DNA of 64,000 nucleotides, taken from NCBI RefSeq assembly GCF_000281045.1, contig NW_008246076.1, positions 670,727 through 734,726 on the forward strand, written 5' to 3'. The position numbers and the translations under genes are program-made. This DNA comes from Saprolegnia diclina VS20. Lineage: Eukaryota. Below, in pieces: positions 33,701 through 44,972 of the stretch. Position 1 is the stretch's first letter. Every line of letters starts with the position of its first letter. The notes under the pieces were generated by a model. The model was not told where the DNA came from. It did not search any database and saw only the letters and a program-made list of their open reading frames with translations.

Positions 33701-36647
33701 TCGTTCGCATCAACCCGAACCCTTTCCAATACAAACGTGTTGCTTCTTGATCATGGCAAAGCGGAGCCAGCAGAGAAACCGGTGGCGAAGGACGTTAAAG
33801 ACCCCAAACATCGACACGAGGCGGCTGCGCTTCTTCTTCTCCTTGTAGAGCCAGAGCATGTGAAACACAGTCGGGCCAATGCGTTGAAACACGAGCGCCT
33901 ACGCAGCTTGAGAACCAAATGGACGCGACTTGAGGGCGGCATACCTTGGCGAGAATGTGAAGGCGGTCTTTCTTGCGGTATTTGATGTACGTGGTGATGC
34001 ACAGGTCGTGGAGTCGCGTCTTGTGCTTGATTCGGTGGCCCATCGGTGAGTCCATGATGCGTGTGAGCGGCACGACGTCGTTCTCGACCCCGTCGGTTGG
34101 CGTCTCCTTCTGCCGCTGGCGCTGCAGCATGCCGTAGAGGCACACGTACTGGCGCCGGCGCATGTCGCGGTGCAGCATCGTAAAGTAGCGCCAGAGGTAC
34201 AAGGCGAGTTTTGTCGTGTAGTACTTGGTCTGAACATGCAGCGTGAGTCCGCTCTTGCGCCAAATCTAGCCATTTGATACGTTGATATTCTATCAACCTA
34301 TCAAGCTAGCACGTGTACCTTGCGCACGCGCTGGCCGTAGGCGGCCCACGGCCGCCACGCGTCGACGATATTTCGAAGCGCTGCGAGGTCCCTTCGCTGC
34401 TTGCGGGCGGCGAGCTCCAAGTAGAGCGCACGCTTTTTGGCAACGTACCGGTGCCACGCACGCGTGTGGCGGACAAGGTAGTATTCGTGGAATACGTTTT
34501 TCAAGAAGATGGCTTTGGCGCGCGAGATGATGACAAACTGCGTCCAGCGCTTCCAGACGTAGAGTGGCCAAAAGCAGAGCCGGAAGAGCTCGCGGTACCA
34601 CTTGCCACAGATCATGAGGTACTTCCACGCGACAAACTTGCGCAGTAGCATGCGGCGACGGCGTAGGCACTCGAGGGCGTTCTCACGCCATGTTCGGACC
34701 ATTCGCTTCTTGAGCTTGTAGGCCAGGAACGCTTGGCGCTCGGGGCAGTCGAAGATCGACCGCCGCTCGAGGAAGCGCAAGGCGCCTTTTTGGAGCACGG
34801 TGGCGGCAATGTCGTGGAAGACGTGCGCGGCTTCGTCCAGCTCCAAGTCTTCGAGGCATCGATTGCGTGAGAAGGACTGAAGTAGCGCTTTAAAGACGTG
34901 GCTAACCGAGTGTTTAGCGGCGAGCGATGACGATGACTGCGTCATCTCGCTTTCCTCGACCGAGGCCGCGGGTTCGTCAAGCGAGGCTTGCGGCACCACC
35001 GCCGCACTCTCGGTGGCTGCGTCCCACTGCAACGTGTGCTTCTTTCGCTGTGTCGTTTCAAAGAGGAGGTCGTGGAAGCGCAGTGTGGTGGCCTCGGCGA
35101 CCGCTTGGGACGGCCACGACGTGTGCATGTAGTCGAACATCTTGATGACACGCCACATGTCTTGTGCCGACTCGGCCAGCCGCCGCTTGACTAGACACAG
35201 AACTTAGAGTTGGCCGTCAAAGGGCACACGTACTCTTGGTTTCGAGCTCGAGCAACTTTTGCTTGCGCATGTCTTCTTCCTGCAGCTGTGCTTGGCGCTC
35301 CTGCTCCATCTCGAGCAGCCAAAGCGCGGCTTCGGCTTCATCGTGCGGGTAGAAGAGGTCCATCATGAGCTCGTACGACACCGTGTGGGGCACACTACTA
35401 CTCGTCTCTTTGACGTCAACATGGACCGTGTCGGTCTCAATCGAGCTGCTCTCGTCATTGTTGCGCTCCATTTCTGTCTCGTCGTCGGGCAGATCCACGT
35501 GCGGTGTGACCTCGTCGTCGTTCCCGTCGACCGAGAGATTGGACCGGTTGGTGCGGGCCGTCTTGGCAAAGACCGCGTCGATCGTCGAGTGCACGCGCTC
35601 GAGGTCGAGGCGCGTCACGCAAATGTTGTGGCTCGTCAACACCTTCTCGACTTGGGCTTGCGTGAGATCGCCCCCGGAGAAGGCAAACTCGATCGTCGAC
35701 CAGCCGCGGAAGATCTTTTTCCGCAGATGCCCGTCGGCAAAGTGCACGAGCTTGCGGATGTTTTCGCGCCGACGCAGACCCGGCGTGCCAATGCGGCGGT
35801 CCGAGTCAAGGACGTTCCGGCCCGTGTCCGTCATGTCTTTGGAAGCGTAGACGTGTAGTGGAGCAATGTCGTCGGCCTCGTCGTCCTCGTCGTAGCTGTT
35901 GTTGGAGGGCTCGGGTTTGTCATCAAGTATCTCGTGGTCGAACGCGTGGTCGTCGACGTCGGCTTCGTCGAGCTCGATGGCAGCGGCGTGCGCGTCGCTC
36001 GGGTCGGGGCTGGACGGCCGGGTCGTTCCGACGAGCGCCGCGGTGCCCTGGTAGATCTCGTCGATCGAGCGCGAGACGTTGGACCATACATGCGACGACC
36101 GGTGTCGCTCCAACATCGAACCATTGGTCGTATGGGCACCAAGAAAAGATGACCCGGACTTGGTGAGCCCTGCATGGCGAGCCACCGAGCTCCGCTGCTT
36201 GAGCGGCTTGGGCCGCGGCTCGACAAGCGGCGCCCAGCGGTCGTCGACAACGGGTGGCGTGCGCAGCATTGCCTCCATGTCGTATGAGCTCAAGAGCACA
36301 TCTGGCGGGGTGAGCGCCGGCGCCTCGACCGACCAGAGCCCAAAGGCCTCCGTCTGCTGCAAAAGCGGCGGTGCGAGGCGAGGCTTCTTGGGCGGACTTG
36401 CAGCCGCCGTCTGGATCTTGCGCCGGTGCAGGCGCGCCGGTGATCGCAGCGCGTCGTTGGCCGTGTGCTGGCGATGCTGGTGCGCCTCGGCGTGCAGATG
36501 GGACGTGGCCATCGGCTGCGCGGGCGTCCGCTCGGACGGCGGCGCGACGTGCGGCAGCGAGAGGTCGTACCACTTTGGTATCGGAAACTGCACCTCGAGC
36601 TTCGCCTTGGTGGCCTCGTGGCGTGCGCGCGCCGCAGCGTCTTCCAT
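30773..36647 (-). CDS. Large multi-exon protein with Sfi1-like Trp repeats and a jacalin-like lectin domain
   Basis: Repeated K..F..W motifs (KFVAWKY, HTRAWHRY, HRFLCWLRF, HVFLSWK). Jacalin-like YGGVKG...VDGL...CGNPFG...SKWYG...IGFHG...IGAVF. May be split into more than one gene. Confidence 0.6.
31377..31430. repeat. Intronic ~10-bp minisatellite (AAAATCGCCA)n, about 5 units
   Basis: aaaatcgccaaaaatcgccaaaaatcgccaaaaaatcgccaaaatcgcc. Confidence 0.85.
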
Positions 36648-37117
36648 TCGACCGGGCGCGATCTTGCACTTGCCGTTTGGCTTCAACTTCGAAACTTTGA
36701 CGTTTGTGAAGGCTAATTGCACGCCTCTTTGCAGTCTGCACGACGTTACCCGTCACGCCGCTGGATTTTGCGTGTGTTTAGATTGAAGACATGTATCGGG
36801 ACCAGGACAAGGCATCGATATCGAAGCAAGGATCCGGTACCATCGTCGTATCGTTTTGCTGCTGTCGACGAGTGCACTCGCTTTGCACACGGTAGTCAGA
36901 TCCATCTTTGTCGTCGTGGTGCGTCGCAACGTTGTCGAACGTTTCTCGTACCGTTCGCCGATAAGTTTATATCTGAGTGCCGTACTTAACTCAACAGTAG
37001 GATTCGCATACAAAATTCAAAATAAAGGCTTGCGGCCGTTAAGTTGCGCCCGGTCCCGTCTCAGGCCTGATACGTCACTAAGTTGGCCAGCCCAGAAAAG
37101 CCAGCCTGACAACGACG

Positions 37118-38329
37118 ATGGCGGACGTGGACCCGGCGGTCCTAAAGCGGCGCCAGTACCTCCGCCTCAAGCAGATGCATTACCGCAGCAAGATTGCCGG
37201 CGAGATAACGGCGCTCAAGGCCGAGGCTGATATGCTCCAAGAGCAGCTCGCGCGCCAGCTGCTGTCGCCGACGTCACGGGCGCTGCCGTGGGCCGAGGTC
37301 GCGACCGCGCTAGACGTCGACAACAAAGAGAAGCTCAAGAAGCGCAAGATGCTGCAGCTCCAGCACGCTTCGTACCTGCACCTCGTGGCCAACATGCGCG
37401 CGTGGGTCACCCGCGTCCTGCCGGTAAGACGCTGCCACGATCTGTATCTCCTTATACTAGACGACGCAGCGGGCGCCGGTGGACCCACCATGGCGACGAA
37501 CGTACCTGCCATTAGACGCCAACACGCGCAAGCTCGGCATCGACTGGCTCACGCAGCTGCTACTGCACAACACGGACGCGATGCTGGCCAAGTACAAGTT
37601 TGACGCGCTCGATCCGCACGCGTACTCGATCGACTTTGGCATGAGCCTCTCGCCGGACGACCTCTTTGAGTACGTCTGGCGCACGCAAAAGGAGATGCAG
37701 CTGCCCATGGAAGTGGTCTGCGCGGGCCTGCGACGATGGATGAAGCAATACACGACCGGGTCGGTCTGGGCTGACGTCCAGTCGTCCGAGCTCCTCCACG
37801 ACGACGTAGGGCATCGTCCTATGCTTGGTGTAAACCTCTGCGTAGGCGCTCGAGACCGTACAGGGTGCCACGTATGCCCATACAGTGCGCGAGAACCCGA
37901 CCGAGACGGTCAATTTTCTAACGCGCGAATTTCATCCGCACCCGGACCGTGTTGTGTTTGTCGGCCAAAACATCCACCACGACGAACGTGTTGCGTCCAG
38001 CGTCCACCGGCGCAACCGCATGTTTTGGTATTGACAATATTGTCCATACTTATATTGATGCGTACTTGGCTAGGTACGTCGTGGACCGCCTAGGTCCCAA
38101 CACGACTCGATTTCGGAACCTCGACGTGCTCTCCCACTTCTTCACCGACCACGGCCCCGTGGCGCTGGACGTCGAAGCCAACCTTATGGGCTTGGAGTCG
38201 GCGTCGTTGATGCCCGAGATGGACATGCTTGCAGCGTATACGCGGCATGCAACCACCGTGTTCCGTCAAGTCGGACACCGCTCGGACGAGACGCTCTTTG
38301 CGCTCCTGGACGCCGACACCAAGCCGTGA
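37118..38329 (+). CDS. Oomycete basic-coiled-coil + START-like family protein, copy 1
   Basis: Basic helix, LPW..VA..L, LGIDWLTQLLLHNT, FEYVW, VGQNI and RNRMFW|YVVD shared with three paralogues. Confidence 0.75.
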
Positions 38330-38954
38330 ATTCGGATATATTAGCGTATATTTAAGTCAACAAACGAAACTAGTACTGGAAAAACGCGGTAGCAACGAGA
38401 GGGACGCAGCTTTGTTCCACATTCGACGTCTGGCACCTCCTTGGGGTTGCAGAAGCAGTCTCGAGAGCCGTCATAGTGAAGTATGTGGCCATCGCACGTT
38501 CAACAGACACCGATAGCATTGCCCGTGATCATATCCAAACAGCGTTTTGAACAGGTGCAAGCGCAACTCATGCCAGCGCTCGTTGATGGCGTGAGTCTAC
38601 TGTGGTCCAGCCGAGCGCCGACTAAAGTTGTACCAGCTTCCAAATACACCACGTTGGTCGCTCAATTCGATTGCTCTTTCTCCTATCAACGATCCCGTTC
38701 ACTTTCACGTCGCGCGGCTATGTGATTTGCAGTGCGCTCTGTGCTACTGACGCACGCCACAGTTCGATTCGTGCGACTGGCTATTGGGTCCGGCCGTATG
38801 GTGCTGGCCCTTCTGTAGAACGCATGACCGACAGACAATACTGTCCATCTTGGTGGCCAAATTGGACTGGAAGTTCCATCCAGGATTTCAACCGCGCGTG
38901 ATTGGCTCATTTTGGCCAATCACAGGTGGCTGGACGTTGGTAATTTGAGCCGCC

Positions 38955-40158
38955 ATGTTGAGAATGACCGTCGATGCAGCAGACCGGCGCCGCCGGACCG
39001 ACATCCAACGCAAGTGGCGGCAGAAGCTGGCGGCCGAGATCAAGGCGCTGCGCAGCGAAGCGAGCGCGCTCGAGGCCGCCTTGGTCGACCGAAAGGTCTC
39101 GACCACCGTGCTACCGTGGCGCGACGTCGCGCTGACGCTCGCTGACGACACGCGCGCGTCGGTGCACCGCAACCGCGTCTTGAAGCGCCAGTATAACGCG
39201 CAGCTGCAACTGCTTCTCTCGCTAGCCCAGCGCGCGAGCAGCCTCGTACGTGCCCGCGGCGGCCGCGACGGTGCGTGACCTGTCGATGTAGGCGCGGCCG
39301 CTGCTTAGCTACGAAGCGTGGCACCACACGAGCCTCTGCGCGCCGGCGCACACTCGCCGGTGCGCGCTCGAGTGGTCGACAAACGCCATGTTCTACAACA
39401 CCAACGCGATGCTCGAGAAGCACAGCGTTGCGTCATCCGTGCACTTTGCCAACTACAAGATCGCGGCCACCGAGAACAACGTCTTCGAGTACGTTTGGCA
39501 CATGCGCAAGACAGTGCCTTTGGCGTTCGAGCCTGCGCGGCGCCTCGGCCAATACTGGGTCCAGCAGTACATTCGAGGCGGCATGTGGCCGCTCCTCGAG
39601 CCGTCGACCGACCTCGACGTCTATGTACTGTTCCTCTGACACAATCAAGAATCGCACTCATCTTCTGTCTCTAGGGCCTCGCACACACGAGCTATGTGCA
39701 CACGACGCGGCTTCGCCCCTTGGAGCACGTGTACTTTTTAAGTCGCGAGTACCACAGCGATGCCCAGACCGTGATTGTCGGCCAGACGATGCACACGGAT
39801 GAGCTGCACCCGATGACGACGCCGTTCCGTCATCGCATGTTCTGGTACCACGAGAAGATCACCCGGTGGGATCAAGTCACTGCGACGATGTAGGTATGTG
39901 CTCGAGTGCGTCTCGCCGACTTTGACGCGCGTCTCGATCGTGCACGTGACGTCGCACCTCTGCACCGCGTCGGACGGCCCCGTGCCACTGGCTGCCGAAG
40001 CCGAGCTCATGGGCTGCGTCCTCAGTGACCATGGGAGCCACGTCGACCAAGTGACGCGCCACGCGAGCGTCGCGGCCGCGCGTGAGATTGAAGGCATGCT
40101 CCGCAACCTCGACTGCTATGCTACGTTTTCTACTATCGATGCAAGCCAGCTGACCTAA
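38955..40158 (+). CDS. Same family, copy 2
   Basis: QRKWRQK, LPWRDVA, MFYNTN, FEYVW, RHRMFW. Same intron positions. Confidence 0.75.
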
Positions 40159-40602
40159 TTTAACCTAACCCCCGAAACGGTGCGGGACTCTCTTGTGGAC
40201 TATGTTCGAGGGCCTTTGGTAGTACCTACTTTGTAGTACGCGCGCAACTTCTAGTTGTACTAGGGTGCAGCAGACAAGGACGAGCACTGTCGGTTGCATA
40301 CCGACGGTATGCAAGCGGGGTCCGTCAGCTGTTTTTTCGGCTTGCCCCACCGCTCTCGGCGCATGCTCTCTGCCATGAGGACAGAGGTCCTTGGGCTCGA
40401 GACTACGTACTAGCACATGGCTTTCAGCACTGCATCGAGAGAAGCGAGGCGACGACACCTCGACGTGTGATCTCCGGTGCCCAACTGCGTGTCCTGGCTT
40501 TAACGCGTTTATCCTATTTAAACCCATTTCACCCCTGATGGCACCTACGTTTTAGAAAAAGACGTCGTGTTGACACACAGTTTCACGCATAGGACGACGA
40601 CG

Positions 40603-41821
40603 ATGGCGAGTGAAGACGACCTCCAGAAGCTCAAGCGGCGCGAGGGCAGCACGCGCCACCAGCGCAAGTGGCGGCAGAAGATCGTAGCGGAGATCGCACA
40701 CCTGCGCGAGCAAGCGCTGTCGCTCGAAGCCGAGGTCCAGCGGCGCAAGACGACGACAAAGGCGCGGCCGCCAATGGACCCGCTCACGCTGCCGTGGCAA
40801 GACGTGGCCGAGTCGCTCCGAGACGAGAGCGCGACCTCTGTCCACCGCAACCGCGCGCTCAAGCTCAAGCATGCACAGTACGCGACGCTCGTGTCGGCCA
40901 TGGCGCGCTGGGTCCAAACGTCCTCCCAGCCGTTGGTCACGGCGCCGCGCACACGCCCGACATGGCGACACACGGCGCTCTTGGCCGAGCCCATGGGCCG
41001 GCAGCTAGGCGTCGACTGGATCACGACGATGCTCTTCCACAACACCGAGCGCATGCTCGACGCATACGGTGTCTACGGCACGGCGACCTCGACGCACATG
41101 ATCGACTACTCGGTCAACGTCACCGAGGCCGACACATTCGAGTACGTGTGGATGACGACCAAGCACGTCGACATGGCCTTGGAGCACGCGCGCGACCTCA
41201 TTCGCATGTGGCTCTACCAGTACGCGACCGGCGCCATGTGGCGCAAAACCTCGTCGACGCTGCTCGACGTCGAGGTACATTCCTCGTGTCGAGCATTTTT
41301 CGGGACTGACATGGCTCCTTGTAGCTCCTCTTGCCGCTGCCGCGCACCACGTACTGCGAGACGCACAAGCTCGAGCCCGACGAGATGGTGCGCTTCCTCA
41401 GTCGCGAGTTTCGCGGCGAGCACCAGAGCATATTTGTCGGCCAAAACATCCACGCCGACGAGTGCATGCCGATGCCGACAACGTTCCGCAACCGCGCCTT
41501 TTGGTCTACCTCAATATTGTCGTCGTCCAGAGGACTCAGGCCTCGTGGCATAGGTATGTGTTGGACCGCGCGGGCCCGACGTCCACCAAGGTGCAGATGC
41601 TCCACGTGACGTCACACTTGCTTTCGCCGGCGGCCGAGCCGCTCGGACTTGTTCAAGAAGGGGCGCTCATGGGCTGTGATCTCTCGATGGTCCACGAAGT
41701 CGACCAGCTCGAGAAGCTCACGCGCCACGCCAACCGCGTCGCGGTCAAGGAGGTCGAAGGGCTTGCGGCGTCGTTTGGGAATGGCGCGAAAATGTTTGGC
41801 TACACGGGCGCGTTCCGGTAG
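40603..41821 (+). CDS. Same family, copy 3
   Basis: QRKWRQK, LPWQDVA, LGVDWITTMLFHNT, FEYVW, FVGQNI, RNRAFW. Confidence 0.75.
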
Positions 41822-42055
41822 CCCTACCCCCATAAGAACCTAGTCGACTAGTCGATGGCGATACCATATTTGCGGTCGCTGCATCGCAACGACCCGTATC
41901 GACATCGCCTTGAACGTAGAATGTAGGAGAGCACAGAGGGCTAGGCTTGCGCATGCCATGTCGCCGACCCATACCAAGCAAAGAAGAAAGGGCGTACGGC
42001 CAGCATCCATCCATATATTACGACAATATGTCCACAAAGGACAACATGTCTCTTT

Positions 42056-42622
42056 TTACGCAAACGCAAAGAGCTTGCGGATGTAGTCCATGTCGGGCGG
42101 CAGCGCGTCGTGGCAGCGCGGGCACGCGTCGTGGGCGGCGAGCCACGGGCGAAGGCAGTTGGCGTGGAAGGCATCGCCGCACGGCAGCTGCGTCCACTGC
42201 GTGCCGTCTGCAAAGGGCCCATTGCACTTGGCACACGCCAACATCGATTCGGCGCCCGCGCCGTCGTAGGACGTGACGAGGAGTGCATCGACAAAGTTGG
42301 GGCAAGTCGGCCGCCCGACGTCGTCACCGCTGCGACTGGCGGTCGCCGAGATGCGCAATGCGCGCGAGCAGTGAAAGCATGCGCGGCCGACGTTCGAGGT
42401 CGTGTTGACGAGGTAGACGGTCCAGCTGCACGCGCCGCAGAGCACGTCGCCGCAGACGCGGCAATGGTGGCGGCGACGAAAGAGCGAAAAGGGCCGCGTG
42501 CAATGAATGCAGCGCTGCCGGGCGGCGTCCGGGACCCACGTCTCTTTGGGGCACGCGCGCTGAACGCGGACGTCCGAGACGAGGTAGTTGTCGTCGACAA
42601 GCGTGCGCCGGTGGCGGGCCAT
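42056..42622 (-). CDS. FYVE + RING-H2 zinc finger protein, copy 1
   Basis: [21 protein letters not shown] (FYVE). CAKC...[14 protein letters not shown]...CPRC (RING). Confidence 0.85.
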   Translation of the reverse strand: MARHRRTLVDDNYLVSDVRVQRACPKETWVPDAARQRCIHCTRPFSLFRRRHHCRVCGDVLCGACSWTVYLVNTTSNVGRACFHCSRALRISATASRSGDDVGRPTCPNFVDALLVTSYDGAGAESMLACAKCNGPFADGTQWTQLPCGDAFHANCLRPWLAAHDACPRCHDALPPDMDYIRKLFAFA

Positions 42623-43502
42623 CGTGAAGTCGCTTGAAGAATACCGACTGCAACCGTGTGGTGCATGTAGTGTACATACAACTGTGTATGTCCACGGTAG
42701 CGACGAGCCGCGAGAGGCGAGACAGCGAAACCTGATGAAGGCGAATGGGTTCGATCGGACGAACGTGCTCGTGTCCACTAGCAGATGATTTTTCTCTTTT
42801 TGCATTGTACATTCTTTGTTTTCGACTCAAGTAGATTAGCATATTGCTAGACTAGCAATAACGTACTAGCTGGAACACTAGACACCACCAACACCTTTGA
42901 GCGCTACGTACTCTGCGAATGAATTTCAGCGAACTGGGATGGTCCGCAGGAATGTGTGTGAGTGCATGAGAGCGCGAGAGAGTTTGGTGGGACCAGCTAC
43001 CATAACGACCCAGCAAGCCTTGCAGCAGCAATGTACATGGCGTCGCAAATGCTCTCTTTTCCACGAGGAGAAGCCCACATTGCTGTCTACACTCGAATGC
43101 GACTCCATCTCTATCCGGATACGCGAGCTGCTCCAGCGTTCGGCCAACAGGTCGCAGGAGTCTCCAGGTACCACCAACAGTCTTTGTTGAGCGCTACTTT
43201 CGCCAACGCTGACACGTCACATCATCACCCGAGTTTGCAGCTGCTGGTCCCTTAAGATACTCTTTGGCCGACTCTGTGTCGCGAAGCTTCCTTGTAGCTA
43301 GAGTCGACCTTTTGCAGATCCCGCACAAAAGATCGATGGGATCTGCAAGCGCCAACCATCTCCGTCGAGATCGATGGGCAATGTCTTGGTGAGTGCAGTG
43401 TGCTTGCGTCCTCGCATTGTGGGGGTCAACATACACGGGACACAAGGGACCTTTCATACATACGACTCTACGACGACATGGACTCGAGTTGGTGGAGCAC
43501 GT

Positions 43503-44129
43503 TCATGGCGGCGGCGGTGGCACAAAGGGCGCTTTGAACGTAAAGAAGCTGCGAATGTAGGCCATGTCCCGCGGCAGCGTGTGGGCACAGGTCGGGCACT
43601 GGTCGTGGAGCGCCAAGTAGGCGCCAATGCAGTGCTTATGGAACACGTCGTCGCACGGCAGCGAGACGACCGCATCGCCGCTCACAAAGCCTTTTTTGCA
43701 CATGGCGCACGCACTCGACTTGCCGCGGTAGCTGCCCAGCGGCCTCTCGCTGTCCACCCACTCGGTCGTTCGCAGCGAGTCGAGAAAGCTCGGGCATGTC
43801 GGGCGCTTCACGATCGGCAAGGCAACTTTGGTGCTCTTGCGCGGCGCTTCGACGACGGACGAGGCGCGCGAGCAGGCGTAGCAAGCACGGCCGACGTTGG
43901 ACTTGGCGTTGACGAGGTACACGGTCCAGCTGCACTCGCCGCAGACGAGGTCGCCGCAGACGCGGCAGTTGTGGCGCCACCGGAAGAGGTGGAAGCGCTG
44001 GTCGCAGCCGCTACAGGTCGGCGCCTTGCGACGCCAGTGGGACTTGGGGCACGCGTACCGGACCTGCGCGCCGGTCGTGATGAACGTCTCGAGCCCGACG
44101 AACGTGTTGCTGCCGTCGCGCCGCCGCAT
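43503..44129 (-). CDS. FYVE + RING-H2 zinc finger protein, copy 2
   Basis: RWRHNCRVCG (FYVE variant). CAMC...LPCDDVFHKHCI...CPTC (RING). Paralogue of 42056. Confidence 0.85.
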   Translation of the reverse strand: MRRRDGSNTFVGLETFITTGAQVRYACPKSHWRRKAPTCSGCDQRFHLFRWRHNCRVCGDLVCGECSWTVYLVNAKSNVGRACYACSRASSVVEAPRKSTKVALPIVKRPTCPSFLDSLRTTEWVDSERPLGSYRGKSSACAMCKKGFVSGDAVVSLPCDDVFHKHCIGAYLALHDQCPTCAHTLPRDMAYIRSFFTFKAPFVPPPPP

Positions 44130-44830
44130 CGGAGATTGCCAACTGCTGCTCTCTGCCGCGTTGCACCGCGCTCTACAATCGGCAAATCATCATTTTGCAC
44201 CAATCAGAGGCCAGAGAGTAGAGTATTTGCGCCAATCCCATGGCGCGAATCCAAAATACGACCCAATCCTGGCCCATTGCTTGCGATCCAACGGCTGGCA
44301 GTGGCGAGATGCACGGAAGATGGGGCTGATAGGGGTTTCGCGCTCGGCCTAGCACGGCCAGAGGTTCAAGGAGCTCCATCCTCGCATATCCTTCGATCCC
44401 AGCCACTTATTCACAGTCCACCGGTACTACACTGTGATGGGTCCATAAGCGAATACGGGCTTGGCGTGTATAAGATTAAGGGTTTATACGAAAAGGACGT
44501 GACAACAACGAATGGTGTCCAGGGAATAGCAGAGAAGGTGGAGTGGCAGGCCGTTGCTGCGCGTTTGCCACGGACGCATGGCTGAAGACGACCACACGTT
44601 TGCAAAGTCCGTTGGTGATATGGCAGCTGCCCCGCAACCTCGCCAAAGTTTCGAAATGCTATGATGCCTTGACCTGGCGAGGCCTCGTCCTTGTAGAGTG
44701 CGCTAGCTCAGCAGCTCATGGCAGGTTTCACATGTTTCTCTGTATTTGTATCCCTAATTTGAACAACATCATGGACATTATAACATTATTTTTGAGGTCT
44801 TGCAACGTCATTTCACTTGACATCCAGTCT

Positions 44831-44972
44831 GTTGTTGTTGAAATGAGTTTTTAACATGCAATTCTATAGCGAAGATGGTGGACTTCCTAATGCGCTCGCG
44901 AGATTTGGCCGGTACGTCAAGCTGAGGGCGCGTGGTCGGGGCTCACGATTGAATGGGGAATGAGGTAGCGAA
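44831..44972 (+). repeat. Dispersed repeat copy 2
   Basis: High similarity to 24296-24430. Confidence 0.8.
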
